Assembly: GCA_040954595.2 (NCBI GenBank)
Contig: CM082583.2
Coordinates: 4,951,374 to 5,015,373 of the forward strand
From: Balanoglossus misakiensis
Taxonomy: Eukaryota; Animalia; Hemichordata
DNA: 64,000 bases
Direction: 5' to 3'
In this document: positions 10,070 to 24,800 of the stretch, in pieces
Numbering within the stretch: position 1 is the first letter of the stretch
How the letters are laid out: each line of letters starts with the position of its first letter
Notes under the pieces: generated by a model
Databases searched by the model: none
Seen by the model: only the letters and a program-made list of their open reading frames with translations
What the model was told of the DNA's origin: nothing
Made by a program: the position numbers and the translations under genes

Positions 10070-11350
10070 AGCAAAATTTTTGAGGCAGTTGTGAATAAAC
10101 AACTCATCCATTATCTTGAGACAAAGCACGTTCTCCTGGATACACAATTTGGGTTTCGTAAAAAATACAACACCAAGCTGGCCCTTATTGACTTAGTTTC
10201 TGATATCAGTGACTGCTTAGATAGCGGTTCCATCACCTTTGGCATTTTCATTGACTTCAAGAAAGCTTTTGACACCATCAATCATGACATCTTAATCCAT
10301 AAACTTCATCATTATGGCATCAGAGGCATTCCATTACAATGGTTCAGTAATTATTTGACAAACCGGCAGCAATCAGTTATTATTAACAACGTGTCATCTC
10401 CATACTCACAAATACAGTGTGGCGTCCCACAAGGATCAATACTTGGCCCAGTTTTATTTTTAATTTACATCAACGACATCGCCAATTCAACGAAAGCCTT
10501 CAACTTCCGCCTTTTTGCAGACGATACCAATCTGTTCAAGTTCATCAATAACCACCACATTGACCTTACACAAGTTAACTCTGATTTCTGCAAAGTTTGT
10601 GATTGGTGTCGGGCTAATAAACTCACTATCAATGTTGACAAAACAAATTATATGATAGTGAAAACATCCCGCAAACATGTAGTCATCAATGGGACTTTAG
10701 ATATTGACGGGAAAAGACTAGATTGTGTCCCATCAGCCACATACTTGGGGGTCACTCTCGATCAAAATATCAACTGGAAAACGCATATCCAGAGGGTCGT
10801 AAAAACTATTGCCCCGAAAATCGGTATTATCTCTCAACTTCGCCACTTTGTTCCAAAATATATTCTTCTCCTGCTCTACAACTCGCTTATCCTCCCACAC
10901 ATCACTTACTGCATCGAAATTTGGGGCAATACTTTTACGACTTTCTTGGAACCAATTTTTCTTTTACAAAAGAAAATCACTCGCCTGATAACGTTTTCCG
11001 ACTTCCGTGCCCACACTCCCCCCTTATTTAGACAGCTTGGTATCTTAGACGTTTTTAAGTTATGTAAATTTCAAACTTGTCTTTTTGTTTTTGATATGTT
11101 AAACGACCATTATGCCCAGGACAAAACCCGTTATATTCACTCTATTCCCCACAACTATCCCACCCGTTTTTCCACTGATGAAAACTTTTATATACCCAGA
11201 ATTAGTCTTACACAAAGTAAACACCACATAAAATATGCAGCAACCAATCTATGGAATTCCCTCCCAATACATATAAAAAGGATCACATCTCGACACTCAT
11301 TTAAGAAAATGTTAAAAGCCCACCTTCTCCATGACGAACAGATTGCGTAA
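10070..11350 (+). pseudogene. LINE ORF2 fragment (reverse transcriptase plus C-terminus; endonuclease missing)
   Basis: About 425 uninterrupted codons starting mid-domain (KIFEAVVNKQL); no element-encoded start codon. Confidence 0.88.
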
Positions 11351-11674
11351 GACTTCCACCGATTTTCTGATTTACAAGACCATGTATTTATCTACTTAAC
11401 TTTGTCAATTTATTTATATATCCATTTTATTTCCCTGCCAAATATTGTTTACTTCTTTTATAGTATATAATTGACTCCTCAGTTCAGCACTCGTGTATTT
11501 TCCTTTTTCAATTGGAATCTTCCATTTGTACTGGTCACGGACTAGACTAGTTCCTAACGAACTAATTCCGTGACCATATCGGATGAATAGTATTTTATCT
11601 TTTTCTTTGTTCCAATATTCATATGTATATAATTTTTTCATTCGATAAAATAAATCAATTACAATTACAATTAC
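10070..11674 (+). mobile_element. 5'-truncated non-LTR retrotransposon (CR1/L2/Crack group) with RT domain
   Basis: RT motifs QFGFRK, FIDFKKAFDTINH, GVPQGSILGP, FADD, YLGV; stop at 11350; AT-rich 3' UTR with stem-loop; AATAAA followed by (CAATTA)3 tail. Confidence 0.93.
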
Positions 11675-14600
11675 TTCAAGTCTTCCTCGCCTGGACCGCG
11701 GTGCAGAAAGTTTGTGGTCCTCAAAATTAATGGGTGGTCGTGTTTGGCAGGAAATACTAGTAGCTGTTAATGTGTTTATACCTGTAAGTCAGTGTTATAA
11801 TGTTACTGCCCACAAGCGAATAATAAACCACTTCATTCATTAATAATTGTGTACACGTCTTCAACTCTTGGGGAATGTTTCTTTAATGCTTGTAAGCATA
11901 ACTATGAATTTGCCACTTTCCTGATCCCCCGTTTTTGTGGTTGTTATGAATTTTCGGCATTGTGGGTAGATTGCCAAGGCTGGTTTATTATACAGTTTCT
12001 CAGTACATGTACATTTCTTTCTTATTCTAATGCTTTGATGTACATTGGTTGTGTATCTCTCATGGGATCATTGTCATATTCTATTCCATACAACTATCTA
12101 TTTGCCTTTTGATGGCATCCGTTCTGTGCATCTTTTTTTCAATACACCTAATTTTCTTCCCCATAATGTCTCATTTATATTGTCAGTGAGCAGGCAATTG
12201 GAGAAAAAGGGCCAGGCAGTTGGGACTGCTCTTCTGAACTCAATTTAGAAAAAAGCGTGTTCCTGCCTTTTTGTATTAAATTTGAATGCCGGGATCGGTT
12301 TGTCTACTGAAACTGTTCTTTTATCAGTTCACAAGCATTAATCTTAGGATTATATTCTAGATCTGTGATATACCGTCTGCCCATTCAACTTCAGTCCGAA
12401 ATATTTACAGTGTGTGATAAGTTGTACCCTGGTGCCAATAGATCATGGTGTGACAGTATTCAATGGTAATATAAGGATTAACAATGAAATTACCTCATTC
12501 AAATAGCTGTATCCAGTTGGCATTACAAGCATTGTAACCCTGAAAGAGAATTCCTGCTTTAAAAATTGAAAATTTATAAATCTCAAAGGTGTTAAAAGAA
12601 CTCAAGATTTCGATTTCAAGCGCTGCATCTTAAGATGTTCAAAAATATTCAGATTAAAGCTTTTCTGCTTTCAAGCAGTTGAAGAACAAGTAGCATCAGA
12701 AATTATTTCTGTTCACATATCATATGCAGAAGCTACTCAGGTACTTCTGCTACTGATAAATTTACATTTGTAATGTTTAATTCTGTTAATGGTTATAAAG
12801 TTTTCATACATTGGAATTAAAAAGGGGCCCTCTTAAGGGCAAATGTGTGAACAATTTTAATATATCAACAAGGAAACGATAACGTTAATGATAACATAAA
12901 TATTTGCATGTGATATTCATGTGTGTTAAAATTGTCAGTTAAATGTCAATTTTTGTCACATAGTTTCCAGATATAAAAATAAATAAACTAAGATGTGAAT
13001 GCATATTCTATTGTTAAACAATTTTTAATAAATACACCACATCACACCACACAACACATAAATATCTAATGTACTCCAGTTTGTATTTTTTTCCGGATAA
13101 AATACATCTCTGTCAGAAACATAATATGGGTTCTTTGTACAACATGGACAGAGATCATAGTGATTTTAAGTCATGCTGTGTGGCATTACCTCAAAGGAGA
13201 TATAGTTTTGAGTGTACTTAAAAGTGGCTATTAATTGTTTGTTGCTAAGGAACACATGAAATTTAATTCATTTATCTTGAATTAACACATACCAGTTGAC
13301 AATACATGCATATTGGATGAATTGTTCCTGTACTGAAAATCCCAGATATGCCCATCCTAAAAATAGAGATTGGTAATAACACCTGATAAGCACATACAGC
13401 AAATAAAAGAAAAATACAATGATTTTAATAGTGATCACAATACCAATCCATTAGGCAATTAAGATGATCAATTATATGGGTTGTTGTGGCAACAGTTTTA
13501 TTTCCTGTATATTGTGCAATTGTGATTGTGCTTACGGGACATTTAATACCTTCCCAGCAACAGCCTTCATCAGATGCGCCCGAGAGATTTTAGTTCATGC
13601 TTTTGGTTTGCTGGAGTCGGGGGGTATTGAAGGCCGACTGGTCAACTCAAGACCATGACTTGTGACCGATGACCATGACAGCGTGCAGTGTCGGTGTGTG
13701 TGGTGACTGAATCTTTGTGAACACTGTCAGAAGTGGTCTCTCGCCAAGGTAAAGTGGTTCCATTATGGCCGGTTGTCATGCTAGACTGATCCGTTTCACA
13801 GTTTAGTGCTTCTGCCCAATTACCCACCAATTTGCCCACTTGTGGTGACTGAAACAGCTAACCCGGCCTGGGCAACAACAACTACTCTGCTGGCTTCGTT
13901 CTCCATGACCAGTCCACAGACAGGCATACTTTCTTAAACGGTCATTCACCTGTCTCGAGTGATGGAGTGGAGTCTTCCTTTTACGTTTGTCTGATGGGTT
14001 ATTCCATTGGATCCCAAACTAGGGGTGACAGACCATCCCGGTCTCCATGAGATAAAATTTACTCGTCAGGTTTTCACACAATTGTAAGGATTTCTACTTC
14101 GGGTTTTATTGAAAGTATTCACTGCATCTTCAAATACACCCAGGTCAGTTTGGCATAAACTATTTATGTGTTGTTTATAGTTGGTTATTAGTGTCTTCTT
14201 TTTACCACAGCTGGTTAACTTTTTACGTCCAGATACAAAGCTATGCCATAGTTGCGTTGCGTTTCATAAAATGCATTTCACATCAAGGTCTGTGTACATA
14301 TGTATAACCTGTGAATCTTAAACAATCAACATTAAGATTACCGTGAGCTATTGATGCCACCTGAAATGCTTACCTTTGGATCTGTCTCCATATTGGAGAC
14401 TGATAATATTTTCCTTCATCCAAAGGCAAAATGTTCCTCATTTTCGTTTGATCATAATCATCTAAATCGATGGAATATTGATGTTGCAATGTGTTGATTT
14501 CATTTCAAGAAATGACGAGGCCCCTCTGGGAAAAATCTAATTTGATACATTACATTTCTCTCATCTGATGTGTATCTTTATGAGGTTACGTATAAAAGTG

Positions 14601-17600
14601 ACCAATCAGTTACAATTTTGCGGGACAGCTGCAGGCCAGATTGCTTGACCAGGTTTCTCTGTTTGGCTCTGATTGAAAGTCTTACTTTTGTACACATTTT
14701 GCTTTCGGGGAATGAGTACCAATTTTGTCACATTGGTTGCCAAATTTTGTGTAAACACTATTTTTCAAAAATGCATGAGATTAACTTCACAGTCTTCCAT
14801 GCAAGTTCTTGTGTAGTAAAGATCTTTTCCACTGATACATGTAAAGCTCTTTTACCTCCTCCTCCAGACCACCCATTTCTTTGTGCTCTACCGTTAAAAA
14901 CAATGGTGGTTGTATCAAGTAGGGGTGATGGAGGGACGTTTGTGAGATTGAAACTGATAGTTCGTCTTGTAGGAGCGTGAAATTTTGCAATGTCACATAT
15001 ATCAGCAAGTCATGTGCATGTATATGTCCCACGTAGCTAAGCTACGGACGAGTGGTCTGTGTCAATCAACAGTTAATATTTACTGCGTGTGTGCCTTTTT
15101 ATCTTCAAGTAGAAATCACTGATATTCACAATCATTTCATTAGTGATTGCAAAGGCAGAACATCTCATTTTATTATGTGACATCACTGATTTGAAAGCAA
15201 CCTGCCCTCCTCCAGGTAACATTTAAAGAGTCGAGGTATGTAATATTTTTATGCAAATACACATGTTGTCAGTGTTGAACCACGTAAAGTTTATTCGAAA
15301 GACAAGGAGAGGAGCTATGGATGATTTAGTAGAATTTTTCAGTTTGGTGAAAGCCCAGATACTTAGATACAGTGTTCAGTCAGCGATTGTGTGCACTGGA
15401 TCAATCAAAAACATTCCAAGTTCCGTGCTGTACATTCTTGCAACTCATTTGAATTCACAGCAGACAATGACGCAAGGCAAACATAAACAGCTCGAGCATA
15501 GGGACTGAGGAATTCCTCATTTGGCTAAAGAAGGTTTTACAACAAAAGTAGCTGGGAAGACAAACTATTTGTAAAAATAGAAATGTTGACATTTTTCTTC
15601 AGTTCCAGTGAAATGTGGATGCATGTAGAGAATGCAAGGGATAAAATAAGTTCAGCGTTAAGAAAGTCCAGATTGAATAGATTCGGCAGTCTGATCAACA
15701 CAGCACACCACAGGAAAAGTGACTGACGGCACACATGCATGTGCCTGGGTTGATAAAGAAAAGGAATTGGCATTGCTATTTCTAACAAATCTCCGTTGGG
15801 CAATCTCGGTTGGGCATGCATGCAACAGGTCTGTTTATTCCGAATGAGATCAAATCTCATGTAACAACGGGCTTATGAGAATAACCAGTGAGCTCAGATG
15901 ATTTGTACTTAAAGGAACTGGAGTTAATAATGATTACGGCAATCAGTGTACAATGATACATGTATTTGGCCAGCCCCCTGGTAATAACAACCCTTGACAT
16001 GAAGTCGTGGCTATTCTTTAATCCATTGTGAGCAGCATTAAAACAGTTCTTTTATACCTGCATATTTAAGGCTTTCTTGCCCCTGGACGATGCACACTAG
16101 CCGGAATTAACCTCATTTTCTTTTAAAGAGGACAGCGTTTGCCAGCTATCGTAAGTCACAAGACAGTCTCTTGGAGATTACCGACCCAATACAGGCTTGT
16201 TTGAGTAAACAGCCGTCTTGTCTTTCAAATCTGATAAGTCCGGGATCTGGGTCGTACTGTGTGCTGTGTTATGCTCAGATTACATGTTGTACAGGTACAT
16301 ATGGCACATTGCCAATTTACCGTACTTTTTTTTTTGATCCACCATCTCCTTGGGCAAGACTACATTGATGCTTGTGCGAGTCTGAATACTAGTAGTCTGA
16401 ATGTTAGTAGCCCAAAGATAGAAACATGTACCCCAAGTCATCTGTATGTAAATTATTATGATCTCAGACCACACGGCTGTTAGAAACCGGTACTCCCCCT
16501 ACCTTCCACAAAATGCATTTTATTCCCAAAGAAATAACATCAGTGAGAAGTCACACCACATGAGTCAGATTACATGTGTACGATAGCATTTTTTTTTCAT
16601 CGTATCCACACTTTCACTGATAGCACCAGTATTCACCCATCTACCTGTAGTGTACTTGCTACTATAGTATTTGTAATTGCCACCTATTGGCGTGTGCTGA
16701 ACCCCCTTATTTGCGGTCATGATATACTGTTCACAAGTCTTTCAAATGCACACACAAGTTCACGAGGAGCAATGTAAAAGAGATAATGGGTGTGTGAAAA
16801 CGAAGTTTAAAAGCGTCCGGGGATAGTTGGCTATACACTATACATGCAAATGCCAGGTGATCATGGAGTTTATGGGCCGTGTTGAAAAATGCGTTGTGCA
16901 ATTGTGTGGCCCTTAACTCCGGGCCTTCCGGTATTTGCGCACTATACTGTCGAGTGTTTCCATTGTGTGCCAGGCGCAGGCAGGGCAGGCCATGATGGGA
17001 ATATACGCTCTCACTACTTCGGTCGGACCCAAACCCTGTCAAGTGGCAAGGTTGGGGCATTCGACTCTTGACGGGGAAATGAGGGTTAACAAGTCAGAGG
17101 GAACAGTCGATACAATCATCCGTGCCTTGGGTTACAGACAGCAAGCACTCCAGGAGTAAAGGCACAGAATGTCACTCAGAATCACAAATTACACAATTGC
17201 TGCAGACACAATAAGTATCCCATCTGAATGCGGCACTCTTTTTCGGGGGCCTGGTATTGTTGTGCGTTTCCATGGCGACCCACCGTGTTAACAGTCAAGT
17301 CACTGTCTGTTTGGTCTCGGCGCTCAAACCGTCAAAAAAGCCTCATAAAGCCTTTGCAAGATATGACAATAGCTAAATGTATTGGGTAAACATTGCTGGT
17401 TTGTGTGAATTCTATGACTGCCACGGATATAGGAGTGGGTGATTTGACATTAAACAGTCTCTCTCTGTCATGGATGCCTTGATCCAGAAAAAATATACAG
17501 AACAATTTTCAAGTTATCCTCTGTATTTTATATTAAAATGTAATGATTTTATTCTAGGTCTGTTTGCAGAATTATTTTCCGCATGTGACTGGAGTGGAAG

Positions 17601-18497
17601 AGGGTCAATAATAACATGCACATAACTAGGCTTATGATATTCATTTTTTCTGTTTCAGGTGAAGCTTTTTAACTCCATAAACAATTGCAAGTCGTCCGTG
17701 AATATTTTACTGGGATGCTGCTGAAGCCCGAAGAAACAAATTAGCTGGTGCCGTTCGTGAGTAGTGTGCTGTTGATATGTATACACCACCACAGCCATCA
17801 GTGGAATCACATGGGAGATGTTGACACAGAGAAAGTAGGAGAAGAAGTTATTATATTTTTGTGACGTTGAGATCACATGAATTACTGTCAGTGGAAACGG
17901 GGAATGAAACCATGGCAACCTTGCGGAGCCCCAAGGATGGATTGTTGAGCGACGGCGTCAAAACCACGAGGGAGAAGCCAAATTGCAGAGTTTGAATGAC
18001 TTGGCATTTTTTATCGTGATTGCCAGGATGTCGCATCCTGCACAGATCGCTGTTTGTGTTCAAATAATGCAGTTGTAATTAAATCAGGCGCCTTTTCGAG
18101 GAAATAATAGATCTGCAAAGTGGATGTGGTGCTCCAATATGATTTCTGTACGCAGTTGTTACCCACAGCAAATTCATCACAATTGAATTTGGTGAAATTT
18201 GAATGCAGAAAAATTATTCCATGTGTCAAAATTTACGAGAATGTCACCGTCTGAGAATCTAGAAAAAAAAAATTGAATTAGGTGTTTAAACTGCTGAGGA
18301 AATATTTATTAAATTTAGTGGTTCCATTCGAGTGCGACGGCTGCTGTGTGAGAATTACGTGAACTTTCTCGAGGGAAGCTGATAAATGCTCTCCATGGCA
18401 ACGGGAACTAAGTATTGAACAGTCTGCTCATTTTGTGTTCGTTTAATAGTGCGGTTAAATTTTTAATTTTTGAGACTGTGAAAAACTAGCAACGGAC

Positions 18498-18894
18498 ATG
18501 AGCGCAGTTTCTCTGGATTCGGCGCAGACTGAGTCAACACTGCAGAACGGGCGGACGGCCACCGAGAGGGAGAACTCGTTCGCAGACTCGGTGTCCACTT
18601 TGGAGTGTGGTGGTGGTGGCGCCGAGAGAAGCGACAGTCGGTCGGTGGAGATGCTGGAGGAGACGGGCTCCTCCCTCAATAGCAACGCCGTGTGGGAGGA
18701 GAACGGGGTCGTCGAGGACGTCGGGGAGCTGGTGGGATGGGGATGCGGCGAGTTCGGACAGCACGGCCACGGCTGTGGCGGAGGAGACGTCGGCGCAGAA
18801 CAGGGTCTCCTGAAGGCCTTCTCGAGGACCGAGGACCCCCTGAGCTGCGCGAGGATCATAGCGTGCGGAGCCAGTCACACCGTCATTGTTACAT
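18498..18894 (+). CDS. RCC1-repeat gene coding exon 1
   Basis: GACATG start; acidic N-terminus then LVGWGCGEFGQHG...IACGASHTVIVT; donor T|GTGAGT. Confidence 0.85.
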
Positions 18895-21800
18895 GTGAGT
18901 ATGTTTGCTTAAAGGGCAACGATCGTCTAAAATGACAGCATTTTGGGTGAAAAGAAGGGAAAAACTAAAGTCTACTTGTACGGTGCACATAATTATGGAA
19001 GGAAGTTAATGCAGTCCACTATTTGCAAAACATTTGGATTGGACATAATGTTTGTACTCACGAAATTACACACTTGCGCATAAGATGATCATTGGCCATT
19101 AATTAATAATTTCTTTCTGATTCCAATTTCAAATGTGCTCTTTGGCGTAGCTTAGATAAGTTAGTGTGCAGGCTCGTCCACTCGAGATGAGATTTTGACC
19201 GTTGAACGTTTTGATTAGCACCAGACACAGTTTCTGTTTCCCAGCAGAACCAGAGTAGCATCACTGTGTTATCTGCAAAAAGTACTTTGCCCTTGACTTA
19301 GACAGCCACTTGGCAATGATACAGATTTAAAGCAATTTACAAAATACAATGGGCCCTGCTGCTTATATAGTTGGAAGGAATCCAGGACCGTGTCTGATCG
19401 GCCATCACCTGGAGCCTGCGATGAATTAAGGTCACGGATCACCATGGATTCGCGGCATTTTTAAATTGCTTCGACAAAGCGGGTAATTGTTGTCAAGTCC
19501 ATTAACACAGCGCGTCAAATTGGCCCTGATCATTCATTGTACTTGTCCAATTACCTTTGCATTTGCACATCCTAATTTGCCATTGTTGGCTCCTAACCAT
19601 TCATTGTAATTGAATAATTTCATTATCAAGGCGACCGCAGAGAGCTCTTTGAATTCACAGTAATGGCCAAATTCATATCGGGGTAAATACCAATTATCGT
19701 CCAACTGGGCTTCCGACCTTGGAAAATGAAATGACTGTGATACCCACTGTGCTCTTCCTGAGCACACCATAAGTGAAATTCGCACAGGGATAAACACTGG
19801 TGTGTACATGTATATGAGCCTTTCGCACAAAGCCCCCAAAATTGGCAAATCATCCTTCATCCCATACTGTGAGATCTTGATTATTAAGGACGCAAATCAG
19901 TTTTCGGTAACTTTGTAGATGTTGCCATAATAGAAGGCAGAAAATTACTATTTACTGCTTTATATTTAGGAGAGTTGCTGCAAGGTTGGTGTCGGATCGT
20001 TGAAAGAGATACAGTCCAGCAGGTGTTTTCCTCTTCTTACAGTACATAACTACCGTACATGCGTATCATAGCAGTTCTTACGAGTATCTACAACATCATT
20101 ATACACACACAGCATGGCTAACAAAGCCTTATGGGTAGATGTTGAGCTGCTTGGCAGTAGCCTGCGACCACTCCAAGCCAAAGCAACTGATGTGTGTATA
20201 TTTAAACTGGAGTAGTTTCTTATTTGCCCCTGCAATTGTACTGTGGCTGTTGCTTTGTGATGACTCACTTTTGAAATACGCAATTGGCAAGCCGCCTAGA
20301 CTCAGTAATCAATAAACCTGTTGTAAATTAAAGCCTCGGTTTATTACAGAGATTTCCTTGCATTTTGATTGTGGTTTGAATAGACACCACGTGTGTCAAT
20401 CACAGGGAAGGTAGAATTATTCCAGCAAGCCCCAGCGGTATCATCATTACGCCACAATTGACACAGAGACTGAAATATCCGTAGCTGGAGGTCCTTCCTC
20501 TCTGATCCCCTCTGAGTGCTTCGGGCAATAGATCTTTCTGTTTACCTACATTCACATGATCTAAAAGTAAACCCAACTGCCAATTTCCTTGCAAGGGATT
20601 GCACTGCCCCTCCAAGAACAGTTTCCCGATTATAATTTTTGCCATGATTAATTTCCTTTTACACACATATACATGTAGATCCATCAGTCAATGATCGTCC
20701 TCAGAAAAAGAGACAAAAATCATTCTGGTTTTGCCCCAGACATAGCAGTGTGAGTTTGTAGTGCAACGCACATGTGGTACTGCACTGGTGAATGTTGAAA
20801 TAAATGAATGCCGGCTTTTCACAGCGTGACCCATGTCAGGTAGAGATAAATACTTAGAGAACTTCATGTGGGTTGCCTAGCATAGCACAAAGTACTAAGC
20901 CCCGTAAAAACAAACTTTGACACAGGTTTCTCAGACTGAGAGAGGGTACTAACAGTCAAACCTGTCTAGCTGTTATTTGTGGTATTCAGGTTTTGCCTAC
21001 ATCTCCCTGACTTTCTTAAATATTGCTTTAGGATCTTGCAGTGAGGCTGCTTTAAACTCATTATTTACATTTGCATGCATCTCTTATGTGGGATAGAGTT
21101 ACAGAAAATGAGTTTGGGTGCAATATATTGATAATAAAATGACAGCATGCTTGACATGTTAAATATAAAAGGGTTTTCTGTTGTGAAGCTGTGAAAAGAT
21201 GAATTATTTATAATACTGTATTCTTACCAAAAACACATAGAATATGAGATAAATAATTAATAGAAAATTTCAGTGTGCAGAATGTGCAATATATTTTCAG
21301 GTACATGTACTACAATGAATTTGTGCAGTTTAAAATTAAAGAAAGACATATTTTTGTGATTATAAATGAAAAAGATTGAGCGTTTTCATTTTCCTTGGTC
21401 TGATGCAATATAGATAACAGTGCTGTTGGACCAATATTTTATATTTTAAAGGTTAAATATTATTGTTTCATCCAATGATTTATTCACACGAATTGATAGA
21501 CTGGTGGGAGAACACAAGACAAATGATGACGTAATTATTAAGAGTAAATATAGAATTGACAATTCTAGGATACTGTCAACAATCAGACGAGATAATTAAC
21601 AACACAGTGCGCTTTATGTTTGAGAACAGAAAATCACATTAGCTGAAATATGTTTTCATTTTGAAAGTTAGTTCTGTGTCATTGGTTCTGTGTCTTATCA
21701 GTAAAATTGAGTATACTATCCACATTATAGGAATTATGTTCGATCATGTTGTAGAAGAAGTGTCAGCGTTTTGATAATCCAGTTGACATCTTGTACCTAG

Positions 21801-24800
21801 AGATGAATGCAGTAAACCAACCCTGTTCCTTTAAACGTCACTCACAGTCTTTATCCATTCTTTTCAGACAACAATGAAATCTATGCCTGGGGAAACGGAA
21901 ACAGCGGACAGTAAGTAAACTCACACGTTCTAAAGGCAAACTTTTTTTCATAACAAAGTCTAAAAACAGATTTGGAGGATTAACTTTCGTTTCTTTAACT
22001 TTATTTCCAGTCTTGTGTTTTACAAATTGCTCATAGTACAGTAAAACCTCTCTAAACCGAACACCAGGTTCTTACAGACAGGTTTTACTGTAGCACATTC
22101 TTTAGAACAAAGATTTATTGCTTGTACAGAGCAGTATGAGACCAAAATATGAGTGACAATTTTGCCAAAATTTCTTGTTTTTTTACAAGTAAATACATGT
22201 AAGAGCACACTTCTGAAAACTCTAGGCTTGTTTTCTTAACTAGACATTTTGAAGTTACAGTGAATGTAAAACGTTACATTTAACGCCGAAAAGGTGTGTG
22301 CAGAATCATAATGACGGCATTTCCCTTTATAATGGAAAATGCCGGAAAAGTAGGGAAATTTCAGGAACACTTAATTTGATTCCGTTCTTTGACTAACGTC
22401 TGAAGTGTGTTCGCAAATTGAATGCGTAGCAATTGTGCGGTAATACGCAACTCAAATAGCGTGAGGCGGAGAGACGTGACTGAATAGTAGTGGCCATTGT
22501 GGGATCTGGGGGAGTCATTAACCTCAGCGGGGAGAAAGGTGATCACACTTCCAACAGGTGGATGTTGACACAGGCGTCCAAGATCGTTTGAACATGGCTG
22601 GGTTATTTGACGACGTCTGGCTGATCGTGCGAGACTACAGGCCATGAATAGCACATTGTCTGTGTTGCTATTGGAGTGTGGTTGTTAAAGGCCTGGCATG
22701 AGCAGCAATAGAGGTAGCCTAGTATCTAGCCATATTTTGTCCGCTTGGAAGCAAAGCGGACAAAATACGGCTAGGTACTACTAGGCTACAATAGAGGATG
22801 TTGCCCGAAGCTTGTGTTGTGTATTGCTTTAGACTACTGTATTCACATTGTCTGGTAGTGAGTTCTTAGTTTACGTTGGTTTGCGTAGAAGAAAATGTGT
22901 GGTTATGTAACTATGTTGATTGATGAACATCTGTAGGTTCAACCGCGTTCAGTTTACCAACTTCTTTGAGGATGTTACCAAATGAACTGTCAGTTACATC
23001 TGTATTTGGAGAAACGGTCTTTTGTGATGTATTCAAGATCACGGTCAATCCACAAGATTGGAGTAACCGTGTCAGGATATAAAAGGAGAAGAAGAATTGA
23101 AATGTAGCAGAAATTTAATCAAACTGAAAAAATTCATTCAACATTATTTCTGGACAATTGACAGTAGCCACTTTTGGTCTTTCTCTTGCTCAAACGGACA
23201 AAAAGATTGAAGTAGCCAAATTGAAATTGTAGTCACGTGCAATTGTCACTCACTCATACTGACAGCATTCATGACTGTGTAACACAGACTAACCAAAGTG
23301 TGGAGAAACCACATCAGGCAAACAAAAAGGCATACAAGACTTCAAAGCCTTTTTTTACACAATCGGGTTACATGTATGTATGGAACACACAAGACGCCAG
23401 ACACCCAAAAATTTAAAACACTCTGAAGAATTTGAAATATTCTGTTTCTCGTTCCAAAATATTGGTTCAAGTCAAAGACTTTGGTAAACCTGCAGCTGGC
23501 CAACTCTGGCCAAAAAAGGACACCATATCTCTCGTGAAAAGATCACTTTAAGACAGTCATCTTTAAACACAAGTTTGCACTCAGTCTCTTGCATTTTGCA
23601 GACTTGGATGTGGCGACCGGGAAACTCACTCGGAGCCTCAGAGAGTCCAGCTCAGCGACCGGTCGGCGCGAGTGCGGGGCGTCGCCTGTGGCAGCAGACA
23701 CACCCTCGTCTGGCTGGAGAACGGCAGGTGTTACAGCTTCGGGAATAACTACAACGCTCAGCTGGGATACGATTTCAAAGTGAAGAATTACAAAGAGAAC
23801 CAGGTAAGATATGACTGTTTTGTGTTTACTCCATATGTCTTTATGACAGTCTTACAAAGAAATAGATGAGATGCTTGTTGTTGTGTCCCACAGTCTAAGG
23901 TTAGCGTTACTGTGCTACTCTGTGCGTTCACTGAAAATTTACTTATGAGTAATGTTACTAACTGTTTGATTGATTGGGAAGAGATTACGCCAAGAATAGA
24001 GAAAATCTAACCCAGTGAAAATAAACAGATTCACCTTTTGCGTTTTAATGATGTGATTTCGTAACGTGTTACTCTATAAGTGAATGAGAACACTCCCCAT
24101 GCTCTGTCTGTTGCATAGTGAACGCTGGGCTTTTTGGCAACCCTCTCCCTTAATACTGACAATGGATGGTGGACCTGGATGTTTTGGTGAAGCCAGGCCC
24201 ACTGTTTAAGCCACATTGTCAGGTGCAAGGCAGGGATGGGTACTATGTGAGAACGTCTGAAGCAAAACACTGATGGAATCATCAGTAGAGTCAGAAGGGT
24301 CATTTAACTGACAACTGGGCAAAATATCCATGAAGTTACATTGAGATTCTTCTGCTTCTGTTTGATCCTGCCTGTGTTGGTACCACTCTGATCCATCCGA
24401 TATAGGGATGGGCTCATTCCCTTCTGTATTGCCTTGTTTGTGTGTTAGATTCTTAGCAACTGGTCCTTACCTTGGACAGAGGCAGTAAAGAACTATTTAA
24501 GCACAAAAGACTCTGTACACCCCTACATCTGATTTTAAGGGGGGGGGGGGGGGGGGGTTCGTCCCATGTTATTACCATATATAATGTGTTGGCTGGTTGT
24601 GCCAGGTTGGCAGGTATCTTTATAAACAGAAAAGTTGCACATACATTTTGCAGTGGAGACACCCCCTCCCCCTTAATCACACTGTGTGAACCATCGTACA
24701 TGGCTTGCATCTGTAAACCGGTCCTTGGAATAATGTCCGTGTCCTAGAACGGGACACCAATGTCTTTGATCAATAATGGCATTTGTTAATGCTCTCAAAC

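Noticed and set aside
13642-13839. Peptide GHNGTTLPWR resembling the DHFR N-terminal motif
   Set aside because: Wrong strand for a head-to-head partner, no other DHFR motifs and no supporting splice structure
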